DNA from: Marsupella aquatica
Taxonomy: Eukaryota; Plantae; Marchantiophyta
Direction of reading: 5' to 3'
NCBI GenBank assembly: GCA_973895155.1
Contig: OZ316899.1
Location: 15,217,974 to 15,281,973, forward strand
DNA length: 64,000 nt
Within the stretch, counting starts at the first letter, position 1, and each line of letters starts with the position of its first letter. The position numbers and the translations under genes are program-made. Positions 23,857 to 35,552 of the stretch are shown piece by piece. The notes beneath the pieces were generated by a model, which was not told the DNA's origin, ran no database searches, and saw only the letters and a program-made list of their open reading frames with translations.

Positions 23857-26800
23857 TCTGCCCAAGAACTTATATGCTGCAAAGCAGCTATTGAGAAAGC
23901 TTGGCTTGGATTATGAGAGAATCCCTGTCTGTGAGAAGGTTGCATGCTCTTTAGGGGTGAGTCTGCCAAGTTAGAAAATTGTTCAGTGTGTCAGCAGCCG
24001 AAGATGAAGAGAGTGGGGAATTCATTACAGGCAAGGAAGGTGGTGCGGTATTTCCCTATAATTCCCAGGTTGAAGAGATTGTATGCCACTGCTGGTACAT
24101 CTAAACTCATGACTTGGCATCATGAGAATAGAAGCACAGACAACATGGTTTGGCACGCAGCAGATTCCAAGGCTTGGAAGCATGTGGATACAAATATTGA
24201 TAAGAAATTTGCAGCTGAATCAAGGAATGTGCGATTTGGGTTGGCACTTGATGGGGTGAATCCCTTTGGGAATAATTCCACAGCTTGATCTACCTGGCCA
24301 ATCTTGTTGTTGAATTACAATTTACCTCCTTGGCTTACCACCAAGAAGTTCTTTGTCATGCTAGCTATGCTGATTCCAGGACCTGATTCAGTAACAGAGG
24401 AACAGCCGGACATAATATTGGGCCCATTCTATGAGGAGCTGGAGCTGTTGTGGATGAAAGGAGTGCCTTGCTTTGACAAATTGCCACGCCCAGGATCGCT
24501 CAACACTTCAACCTAAGGGCTGTGCTATTGTGGACAATCAATGATTACACTGCATATGGTTTAATATCTGGACAACAACACGCTGGATACAAAGGATGTG
24601 TCATCTGTGGGCCAAAATGTGTGGCATGTGGTTCTAAGCACTTGCAGAAATTATACTATAGTGGCCACCCGTCGATGGTTAGCAGCAAGGCATCTTTTTT
24701 GTAGACCAGACAGTGCACAATACTTTGATGGTGCAATTGAGAGCCGACCTGCACCGTGTAGAATGTCAAGCTCTGATAGAAAGAAGTGGGGAGACGAACA
24801 ACAGAATATTTGAAGAAGGGAGGAACCAAGGTTGAGGATGAGAGCTACCCCATAAAGGTGCATGGAGTGAAGAGGGCTACTGGTCTGTACAAGTTGCCCT
24901 ATTGGAATGTAAGACTCCATACTACTACAATGAATTTCTGCAATCTCTTCATATGACTTTGAAATGTGTTTACTTCCTGTAGCCCAGATTTTGTAATTGT
25001 TGTATACAATGCCCTAATTTCTGAATTGTGTGTCCACTACAGAAACTACTCATTAACCATTGTCTAGATCCCATGCACTGTGAGAAGAATCTTGCACACA
25101 ACATTGTGCACACTATCATTGGGACCAAGGACACTCCTTCTGTGCAAGAAGACCTGGAGCTCTTACAGGTGCGCCAACACCTATGGCTTGTATCCAATCC
25201 AGCTCCCAAGCGTAACAATGACAAATTGTTGATGCCCCCAACCCCATATTGCCTGAGCAAGAAGGAAAGAACAAGGTTCTTGGAGGTGTTATTGACCTTG
25301 AAAGGGTCCACTGGTTTTTCAAGTTCTTTGGCAAAGTGTGTTACAAAATCCAAGAAACTCTCTGGGTTGAAATCACATGATTTCCACCAACTCATGCAAT
25401 AGATTCTCCCTCTGGCAACAATGGGATTACTTGATGAAGGGGTTCGCTTGGCCATAGCTGGGATGAGCAATATCTATCGCCAGATCTGTATGAAGGTGTG
25501 GGACCCTTCAATGTATGAGAATTTGATGATGGATGTTGCATTCACTCTCTGCATTGTGGAAATCCATTTTCCACCAAGCTTCTTTGATGTCATGACCCAT
25601 TTAATGATTCACCTAGTGGAGGAATTAGACTTGTGTGGCCCAGTTACAGGCAGATGGATGTACCCAATAGAGAGGAACCTGAAGGTATTGAAGGGTTATG
25701 TACGAAACAAGGCACGTCCAGAGGCTTCTATGGCTGAAGGCTATGTATTAGATGAGTCTTTGGGATTCCTTTCTAAATACATGATTGATGCTAAGGGAGA
25801 GGGAAAACGAACCTGGGAGTTGGAGGAGGATGCTGGCGTTGTAGGCATTGTCTTGGAAGGGGCTGCAAAGGAGATAACTTTGAATTGGTCTGAAATGATG
25901 GCCATGCATCATTATATATTGGAGAATGAAGAGACAGTGGCTCCATGGTATAGGTATGTAAACCCTGTACCATATGGATCATAATTATGCCCCCCCATTG
26001 TGTTTGTATATTCATGGTGGATCATGCACTAATGTCTTGAGTGTTGTTCTTGCCATGTAGGATATATGATGCTACCAATGAGACTGTTACCAAACAAAGA
26101 GTGGATTTCCGGAAGGAATGGATGAGGAAGCCTGCCAATCGAAGAAAACCAGTGGAATTTCCCCTTGACTGCCAAGAACTGCCACCTTTCAGGGAATGGT
26201 TTCAAACATTAGTCAATACCCATAATTTTAAGACAGAGTCTGAGCGGTCATTACTATCTGCATACTCCACACCACCTAGTTTGAAGGCACGACTGTATAG
26301 GGCATGCAGAGCCTATGGGCATCACTGGAGGACTATTCCATCCTTGGGGTGTTTGAGTGATTGTGATTCTGGTGCATTCAGCACTTTTGATTCTGGATGG
26401 CTTCGACATTCACTGAGAAGCGAGTGGACAGGTCTGGCGCAACTAGAGAAGAATCTGTACAGTATGTAGGGGCCTTGACAAATCTTAGTACTGAATTACG
26501 GCAGCTTGAGGAAAGAGGCGATTCTTTTCAAAGGGAAATGGGCAGATCCATCATGGACTCCTAAATCCTCTGCCAGTATAAGGTATTCTGAGTTTGGTCT
26601 TTGGTAGGTGAATTTCCATAGAGAACTGGGTGTGTCCAAGAAAATGGACTACGTTTTCCTAAAGCAAGTGGAGCAGGTTTTCTTCCACCCCAATGAGAAG
26701 GGGATAGCATGGAGAATAATCCTCCACAAAGAATCCAGGTCCACAAGGGTGTTAGGTGATTACACAAATGTTGATTTCCATGCTACAATGGAAAACAATG

Positions 26801-26907
26801 CCAAATTACACATCGAATTGGCTAAAGCCTGTAGGACTAGAGCAAATCCAGGACCAAGTACTGGTCCCAAACGAGGCAGAGATGCAGAGGGATCTGCAAG
26901 AAAGTAG
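23853..26907 (+). pseudogene. CACTA transposase (TnpD/Tnp2-type), 5'-truncated
   Basis: RYFPIIPRLKRLY, RNVRFGLALDGVNPF, YNLPPW, DPMHCEKN, GLKSHDFHQLMQ, RWMYPIER, RPEASMAEGY; GT-AG intron at ~24909-25041. Confidence 0.93.
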
Positions 26908-29083
26908 GCCTAAGCAGTGAATAGGTTTTAGGTGTGTGAAGTCCATAGATGGACTACATGTATGGACTATATATGGAATCAGACTAATGTTTTGCCCATT
27001 TGTGCAGTTGGTGAATGCAACCTGTGAAAGGAAGATTGCAGGGGTTGTCACATCCTGTGAATGCTTATGAGGAGGCCCAAAAGTGGAACATAGAGCATAA
27101 TGTCAGCATTATGCGTGATCTAGGACTGGGGCCAGACTACATGTTGATGTGTGTGTTAAAATGTCTGTTGCAAATTTGATTCAGTAGATATATGGAGTTG
27201 TCAGGTTCATGTCACTAGTAGAAACCGGGGCAATTTAGACCATACCTTATAGGACTAAGCCCACTAAGTCCTTTTTCCATACTTAAAACGACTCACACCC
27301 ATTGCATCGGTTTTGTTGAAGACTAGAAAAGACTATTAGTGTTTTATGGTTCACTAAAAGACTATGAGAAGTAACCTTGCTACTTTGTGAAGGATGAATA
27401 GTCTAGCACATCATGGGTAATGACCACTTATGCTGAGGAGGGGTAATTCTATAAAGAGGGTGATAGCAAGGGGCATAACTCATTAAATGGCCTTATTTGT
27501 GACCAAAAAGATTTTGGGTTTAATGAAGTGAGGGTCATGGAGGGTGGACTACAGAGGGATGGTCAACATATTCTGCGCCATTACTAAATCCATCTATAAA
27601 AGGCCGAGATGCACAAAGGTAGATTTGTACCGGTCTCAAGGGGGTGTGGGTCAATAAAGGCCCTAACTTGTTTGTTGCCTTGGGAGGATCTTGAGAGCCA
27701 GAGCTTGCAAGCGGCGCTCTAAATGGATGACCTTGGCATTGCAAACATAGTCTGGCCATAGTCAAGTTGTCTTAAGCACATTAGGGGGTTTATATGTCAA
27801 GGCTAGGGGATGGCTGGGTTTTCACTAAAGGTGGTTTAGGGGGGGTTTGATGTGAAGGGTCGGAAATTGCATGTTAAGGGGATGGGGGTTTAGGGACCAT
27901 TGGATCGTTGGCATCCATCCCCACCATCAAAAAATTGCCCGTTCCCGCGTCCCGTTCCCCCTTCCCGTTGTTGGAATGGCATGTCGTCCCTTCCTTTGGT
28001 CCCGATCCTTTGGTTTCCCGATACTTTGGTTGCCTGGTGCTAGGGACTTTGTTTTCTGCCTCAATGTTTCCTTGTTCTTTTGTGACAGCTTTGAGGTCGT
28101 TTGAGTAGAGTCTATCGTTCACTGTCAATGTTGTCACTGCCCGCCCCATTGCTGTGTGTTTGATTGAAGTTGCTTTGGCAGAGGTGATCGCTCCTACTGC
28201 AGAAGGCATTGAACAAGAGGGAGCAAGCTTCCTGGTATTGCAGAAGGTGATTGCGACTCTTTGCGAAAGGTGATGAGTGCGGATTGAAGGGAGGTGATTG
28301 CTTTGTTCGATCTGTAAGGTGGACTGCGGAGCTCACAAAGGCGACGCGGACTAAAGTGAAGCTTGGGAGCTTAGAGTGGGCCAACGCTAGCTGAATACAG
28401 TGCAGGAGTTGTGTTGCAAAGGTGAGAGCTTATGGAATTAGGGTTTCAATAGTGTCTGAGCAGGTTTTGTTTGAGCGTTGGCAACTAGAAGATAAGCTCG
28501 GGGGTTTTACAAAGGGTAATGTTGTTAGTGTTGCGGACTTTCCCTCCTGCGTGTCTTCATTTGCAGCTTGTTTGTGGATTGCAACAATTGCACTTACTAT
28601 GATTGACCACCTTGCATGATCTCCATCCGTGGGCTGGACCCCAAGAAGTAGATTTTGGCGGCTACTTGCGGAAGGGATTGAAGAGATTGGAGTGCTTGCT
28701 CTCTTTGTCCCTCCCCTTGAAATTGTGGGCCTTAAAAAGGTCAGTTGGCTTATGTAGTTTTTCTCCCCTCCGCTATGTCAATGTGCGCATGTCTGCTATG
28801 TCAATGCGCGTTTTTTCCCTCCGCTATGTCAGTCGCCGTTTGCCTATAACCGGACTGCTCATTTGATGTCCACTCATCTGATGTAATGTTTTCCGTTGCC
28901 GTTGGTGAAGGTTTGATGCCTAGATTTCTTGCCAAACAAAAGTGACATGGCTCATCTGTCCATTTTTTACAGCGTGATTGACGTCAGCTGTGGCTTAGTC
29001 CACCTTCTTGTAACAAAGCAGGCGGTGATTGGACCAGACCGTGTAGTTGGAGCTGCCCCTATCCAGCTGAAGGAGCGTCGAGC

Positions 29084-29206
29084 ACTCTAAGGCAAGAGTT
29101 TCTCCTGCATTGTTACCTGGTTACAAGGTTACTCTAAGGCAAGAGTTTCTCCTGCATTGTTACCTGGTTACAAGGTTACTCTAAGGCAAGAGTTTCTCCT
29201 GCATTG
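29084..29206. repeat. 47-bp tandem repeat, ~2.6 identical copies
   Basis: ACTCTAAGGCAAGAGTTTCTCCTGCATTGTTACCTGGTTACAAGGTT at 29084 and 29131, partial at 29178. Confidence 0.95.
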
Positions 29207-31215
29207 ACAACTTTCCCGTGTCACCTTCAATCAGTTTTCCTTTGCACCTTGGCTTGATCATTTCAAAAAACCTGTCACATTGAGCACGGAATCTATCGCC
29301 TTTCAGCCTTTTAGCTTTTTTCTAGACTGTCACATAGCGAGTCGGTCGCGCTACCGGAAGTACTACCACTTTTACTATACGGTTCATCTCAGTGCCTTTT
29401 ATGGAATGCTTTCTTGTTCTTCTACTCGGCATGGCATCATCCTGATTGCCCGTCGCTGTGACCAGCAACGGAAAGCGTAGACTCGCGTTTGGATTCAGAG
29501 TCTAATCCACAGTGTAAGGCTCTGAGCAGACCCTAATAGGAAGCCTGCTTGATTCTCTAGCCAATCCGACAAAGAGCCGTCCTTGCAGAACCTGTTTGAG
29601 TGTGTTCCAGTGTTCTAGTGTTCAGCTTTCGAGTGGGTTTTGTTATGATTTTATTTGGTGATTGTTTTGGAGTTGTAGCCGTGGTCAAACGCACGTCTAT
29701 TAAAAACAAATTCATGGAGCTCAGGTTGCTGCTGTATATAAAGCGCAACAAGATCCAGAACTGCCTGCAGTCCCAGCAAATCATACATGCTACAATCACA
29801 GGATATGAGTACAAGAAGTCTTCACAGTTACTCATTTTTGTAGAATCTGAGATGTTGCTGGCCTAGGAGATGAGTTTCCCTTAAGAGTCAGGGATGTCAG
29901 CAGTGTGGGCCATGTAATACAGTTGAGAATGATGGCAAGTATAATTTGTTAATGGGTCCAATGCCATGTTTGTGAGCTATTGAGTTGGATAGGAGAAAAA
30001 AACCAAAACATTGTCGCAACTGCTTCCAGAACAATCATTCATGGTTAGACTAAGCTCGGCTGAACACCCCTTGCTTGCATGGGGCGGACACAATGCGGAA
30101 TAGGCTGTCATGGAGTTGTCAAATGGATCTTCAGTTTTCATGATAAATGTCCCGGGCGTCCGTCCTATGTGTAGATTTCAGAATTAGAACACAACTACTC
30201 TTAAGAATACTGTACTTAGCGATTCTTCTTTTCCTGTGAAGACATTGCCGCAAATGTTTCCTTGAGTTCCTGTCATACCAGTGTTTCCCATGCCGTTTTC
30301 AGCAACTACTGATGGAGTTGGCACCATAAGTTAAAATTTATAGGTCTCATTACTTCAATCCAAAATTCTATGTAAAAAGACATGAACTAGCCTTTGTGCT
30401 TAATTGCTATGTTCTATCTGACTTGATTTGATTTCGCTGTTGCCTGAAATTTGTATCTCTTGCTTGAGTCCCAGTTTGCTGGAGTTTTGTTGCTCTCTGT
30501 GCTTTGTTGTGCACATTGTTGTCTTTGCTTTGTTTGCTCTGATCAGTCTTAGCTTGCTGCGGACAAGACAGACAATGAAACCTGTCTGTTCAATTTAAAA
30601 CTTGAGAACCAATGCTTTGTTGAAAGTCAATTGTTATTTGTTTTGTGTTGTCCCTACAGATTTTAAAAAGGCAGGGTGAGCGACCACTGTTGGATAGCAA
30701 GCGAAGGGTGTGTGCTGCATTTTGATCTGGACAACCAAGTGTAAAGTTGACTCTTTCTGAATGTTGTAGTCTGTTTTGCCTCGAACTGGGCCATGGATGA
30801 ATTGAGCTTGTGAGCAGTTTTTTCTTTCCCATCTTCCTGAAGCTTTGTCTGCTTTTTACCACCTCAGTGGAGGTTCACTTGCACAACACAACAACCAGTG
30901 AGTTCTCTCTTTGCTGCAACCTGCAAGGTGAGACTTTCGATCTGCCTGGATGAAAAAACAGGATCCAAATATGATTTATGTACATGTCCATGGAGAACAT
31001 GGTTTTATATACATGCTCTTTGTCTTAGGAACTCAACATCAAATATGTACTATGCACTTTTCATGCTATGTGTATACCACCTGTAGTTGGAACCAATTTA
31101 GTGAGTGGGAACTGATAAGTGCAGGTTGGTTGTTGTGGGCAAGGCAAGTCGACCTCCTGCTCGCCTTGCTCATCAAAGGACGTGAACAGAGGACATCACA
31201 ACAAAAGCAACACTT

Positions 31216-31665
31216 ATGGTGAGGACCCGCAATGCTGAACATGTGCGGCTTGCACGCAAGGCAAAGATGTTGCATCTTGAGTATGTCAGAATGGGGATCC
31301 TTCCAGCCCAGTCTGCATGGTACTTTGAGTACCCTATTCTTGCTAGGAACAACTATAGCCGGCCTCTACCTGCTTCAGTACCCTTCCCGACATCCTTGGT
31401 ATTTGTGTCTCTTGTACATGACCCACCACAAATTAGGTGCCAAGGGTGTGTGCATAGTTGCCAATATGACTGTCCTGCCTGTAGGGCTTCTGGCCCAGAG
31501 TTGGATGACCGTTCTCTTGGATGTCGGTTTTTGCACAGAGCACAATATATCATCCGGAACCACTCGCCATCCTGCAGTGTGCCTGGTGATGTCACTTGTC
31601 CTGCCCTCCCAGACCCCACCACTGGTGACTTTGGTGTCTACACATGTTTGGATCACACGCTCTAG
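31216..31665 (+). CDS. Hypothetical Cys-rich protein, CACTA cargo
   Basis: 149-aa ATG-initiated ORF with a basic N-terminus and CQGC...CPAC pairs; family not recognised. Confidence 0.4.
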   Translation: MVRTRNAEHVRLARKAKMLHLEYVRMGILPAQSAWYFEYPILARNNYSRPLPASVPFPTSLVFVSLVHDPPQIRCQGCVHSCQYDCPACRASGPELDDRSLGCRFLHRAQYIIRNHSPSCSVPGDVTCPALPDPTTGDFGVYTCLDHTL

Positions 31666-32324
31666 AGGACCACTTGTCACACTGCATGCACAGACCAGAG
31701 ACCATTGACCTATAACTTTACACTCTGACTTGAACAGAGAGGATATTTACTTAAAATTTTGAATTATGAACAATTTTGGGTCCAGGGGTTAGGTTGAAGT
31801 ACATAACTTATCCTATTATGGCTGCACTAAGTAGAATATCCTAATTTAAGAGGCTAGGAATCTCACTTAAAAGTCTCCTTTCAAAGACTGGAATTAATGG
31901 GCCATGTGATAACCTGGAAAAAGTGATTTATGCCTAACTTATTTGTCTCATTCACTATCATAGCCTATTTAGGATGTATAAATTACAACCCTGATCACAC
32001 TGCTTGATACCAGTCCTGTTCAAAAAATGCCTATTTTACATGTCACAACTATTGTATGTGATTCAAATGCATTAAATCTTGTTGCAGATCTCCTTTGGTG
32101 AATCATAGCCACAAAATTGAGGTGTAGGTGGAGCTATTGTACATCAGTTTTCAGTGTGGGCTCAACAAACCAAAAAGTATGTCTACTCTGCATCTGTGTG
32201 TGAACATTTCATTGCAGTAGCAATTGCCACTCTAGTCTATATGCTACACTGTACTTTTTGTACACTGCTAAATTGTATTGTCTGTGCACTTTGCTAAATT
32301 GTACTATTTGTCTCATGCGTAGGC

Positions 32325-33005
32325 ATGGCACGCCCTAAAATCCAAGCCAAGAAGCGGGGGACAGAGGTGAGCAACACAAGTGTAGTTGGGCCAGATGGTA
32401 GTAACTTCTCCGCACGTCAGATTTTCCAGAAGGCAGCTCATTGTTGTGCCATTTGTGACGATGGTGGGGGCTTAGCCATATGTGAGGGCCCTTGCATGAG
32501 GCATTTCCACCTCAATCCGGAGTCTGACCTTGCTGCAAAAAACAATTGTCCAGGGGTGGGCCTCCCGTCAGCACACCAGGGAGGCTGGATGTGCACTGAT
32601 TGTTTGGAGAAGCAGGCTAAGTGTGCACAGTGTGGGATGTTGGGGTCTTATGAGGGCTCTGTTGATGCTCCACCACTTGTTAGGAAATGCCCTGACAGAT
32701 ATTGTGTGAGGTTCTTTTGTTTTTCATGTTTGCCCGAACTTGCCACGGCTTGCCCACTTCATAAGTGCAAGGCATGTGGTCAGCATGATGAAGATTTCTG
32801 GGTGGACATAGTCCACTGTGTTAGGTGTCCCACCATGTGGCACTTTCATTGTTTGAAGGAGCGTCAAGCAGAAGGCTCTACTTGTGACAGACACATCTAT
32901 CATCACTCTGCACATGGTGTTGATCGATGGATCTTCTATTGTCATCGCCATGCCATAGATCCTACTTTGCACACTCCCATGAGAGATCACATTTCTTGGC
33001 TTTGA
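32325..33005 (+). CDS. EDM2-type multi-PHD finger protein, CACTA cargo
   Basis: CAICDDGG...CEGPCMRHFH...CTDC...CAQC...CPLHKC...CVRCP..WHFHCL...IFYCHRHAIDPTLHTPMRDH follows the Cys/His pattern and the TPxRDH tail I recall for plant EDM2; intact 226-aa ORF with an AG acceptor just before the ATG. Confidence 0.85.
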   Translation: MARPKIQAKKRGTEVSNTSVVGPDGSNFSARQIFQKAAHCCAICDDGGGLAICEGPCMRHFHLNPESDLAAKNNCPGVGLPSAHQGGWMCTDCLEKQAKCAQCGMLGSYEGSVDAPPLVRKCPDRYCVRFFCFSCLPELATACPLHKCKACGQHDEDFWVDIVHCVRCPTMWHFHCLKERQAEGSTCDRHIYHHSAHGVDRWIFYCHRHAIDPTLHTPMRDHISWL

Positions 33006-33603
33006 ACCTGAATAATGTATATACATAGTGCACCTGATGTGGATACCTTGGAGATTGCAGACATTCCAATTTTGAGAAGAAGGACTTCTGTAGGAGAGGA
33101 TGCTTAGGCAACAAGTACCCTAAGTTCATTACTTGTTCCTGGGTACATGCCTTCAAAAACTCCCCTTAAGCCTTCTAGGAACTTTTTTAACGCTGCAATC
33201 ATTTTGATCACGACTTACATGACACTGCTTAAATTAAATTAGGACTTCTCATTACGAGCATATAAGTTACAAGGCTATTTAATTTGCGAGAATTCCCTTA
33301 AAGTGTACCAACATTTTGTATTCTCATTGAATTTCTACCCATTTACAACATCTGTATGTGGCATCACAAAACAATTGCACTTGTCACCTTCAATATTGTG
33401 AAGGCACATATTCAAACTATGAGGTGCATCCTTGCAGGTGTCTAGTACGTTTGTCCCAATATTTCTCCCGTTTGGAATCGGAGTAGAGACTCACCAGACG
33501 ACTGGACTGGACCAAGTTATAAACGCAGCATTTTAGGGGCCCTCCAATTATCAGGTGAACGCATTATCTTCCGGTCTGCAGTGATTAGGTGGGGTGTGTG
33601 TAC

Positions 33604-34452
33604 ATGGCCTCTAGGAAACGGACAAAGGTTGACCACCCGCCTCTGTTGGCTGGAATCAAAGCCATTTTGATTCCTGGCCACTATGGGTTCACCCAAGTGA
33701 GTTGGCCAATCGTACAAAAAAGATTCTCGAAGTTCCATGGGACTGAAGTCAAAGACATCACTCCACAGACTACACATGTTGTTGCGGGGACATGGCTGGA
33801 TGTGATGAACAAGTGGTCATGGTCCTTCATTGATTCTGCCATTACCAACCAAGGTCTAAAAGTAGTTGAAGTCTCTTGGCTGACCGATTCTGTTAAACAT
33901 AGGTGTGTACAGAGTACTAAGCAATATGAGTTGTGGGAGAGTGAGGAGGCCACTGCAGAGGCTTTGGCTGAAAAGGAAGCCTATGAAGTAGCGGCAGAGA
34001 AACCCAACTTTGCTTCTGTCCAATATGGACCTGTTGTCAACATAGGACACCATCCTATGCGTGCAGATGCTATATTGAATGAGCATGGCAAGGAGAGAAA
34101 TACCATTATGAAGGGGTTCAGTGTAGTATTTGCAGAAGAGGGAATTGGAGAGACTAAGTGCAGACTGTACAAGTCCATAGTTGTTGAGCTAGGTGGGACA
34201 GTGGAGGAGAGTCTAACAGAAACGTCCACTCATGTTGTAGGTCTGTCATACATGAAAATATGCAGAAAATTCTTCAAGACAATAGTGCATCATTTTGTCA
34301 TGAACAACAATCTTTGGGTGCTTTCCCTTGATTGGCTTCTCGAATCAGCAGCAAGAGGGAAGCGACAGAATGCTTGGGACTTTGATATTTTTGAGGCCTG
34401 GCCCTCCAAGATTCAGCGGAGATGTATGCTTAGCAATGGTGGGAGAGAGTGA
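33604..34452 (+). CDS. Tandem BRCT-domain protein, CACTA cargo
   Basis: Two repeats with BRCT hallmarks: TTHVVA...VSWLTDS and GG...STHVVG...LDWLLES; N-terminus MASRKRTK; resembles the plant DNA polymerase lambda BRCT. Confidence 0.8.
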   Translation: MASRKRTKVDHPPLLAGIKAILIPGHYGFTQVSWPIVQKRFSKFHGTEVKDITPQTTHVVAGTWLDVMNKWSWSFIDSAITNQGLKVVEVSWLTDSVKHRCVQSTKQYELWESEEATAEALAEKEAYEVAAEKPNFASVQYGPVVNIGHHPMRADAILNEHGKERNTIMKGFSVVFAEEGIGETKCRLYKSIVVELGGTVEESLTETSTHVVGLSYMKICRKFFKTIVHHFVMNNNLWVLSLDWLLESAARGKRQNAWDFDIFEAWPSKIQRRCMLSNGGRE

Positions 34453-34835
34453 GGAGTAGGAGTCCCTCATATTTTTGTATAAATCACAATTTTGTAATAA
34501 ATGTGATGCTTGAACTAACTCATCTTGTCATGGCTGGTCGTAGTTGAAGTGATTGTTGTTTCCTGATGCGTGGGGTGTGATTGTGAATCTACTTGCTGGG
34601 CTCTGTTTGGCTGAAGACTTTGGTGGGTATGCTGCCTCTTCCAGACCGACAGGCCCTATGTAGGGTCCTCCTATGGGTTGCATTGTGCATGGCTACTGCT
34701 TGGGCTTACATGTGTGGATTGGTAACCAGACAGAGTGTAGCTCCATCCGAGATAATGCCTGCAGACCTTGGATGTGTTGTGAATGTTGTGGTGAATGAGG
34801 ATGCATAGTCCGAAGAGGACATTTACTTTTCAGTA

Positions 34836-35160
34836 GATGAGTTAGACAAGCACGATGCTGTAGGTGGTTCCTTGTTGCCTGATTTGGCAGATGATATAGT
34901 TCTTACACATGTCTGGCCGAGGGTTCTTGTGGTGTCTGGCGCACAAGATATCTGCAAATATAGACTAATTAGTACCCAATGGAGGGACTTGGTAGCAACA
35001 TGTGCACTGTGGAGGGCACTGCTGCCACTGCTTAGGCACGGATCGAAGACCACCATGGCATGAGCAGGGTTTAGACCTTGATGACTTAATGTACATGCCT
35101 GAGTACCTCAGAGCTGAGTGGCATCGACAACAAGATTGGTATCCGTATTTGATGTGGTAG
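34836..35160 (+). pseudogene. F-box-like fragment, CACTA cargo
   Basis: SLLPDLADDIVLTHVWPRV...YRLISTQWRDLV fits the plant F-box pattern; frame broken after ~35060. Confidence 0.6.
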
Positions 35161-35552
35161 TAAGATGAGGACATCTCACACCGGTCTCGCACCTGGCACT
35201 TGTGTCTATGACTATACATGATTGGACTCTGATATGGTCATGGATGTACGTGCAGAGGCAGTACATGTGAGGACAGCGGAGGAGTTGACACCCTCAAACA
35301 TTTAGGAATTTTGTCTCATTCACTTGAGAATAGGTACATGACTCAGGCACCTATATTTTTTTTGTTTTTTTGTTTTTGGAACGTTATGCTACGTCTTTTG
35401 GCAAGTACAATCGAGGGTGAAATCCTTAACAAGGAGTGTATTTTTCACTTGCATAATAAAATGACAGGGCGCTGAGTGCGTGTCTATAATGATGGCTCCA
35501 AGGTTGCCTCTAGCTTCACAACCCATTTAGGATTAGGCATCATGATTTTAAA

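Noticed and set aside
29084-29206. CRISPR-like array
   Set aside because: Head-to-tail repeats with no spacers, no cas genes, eukaryotic context.
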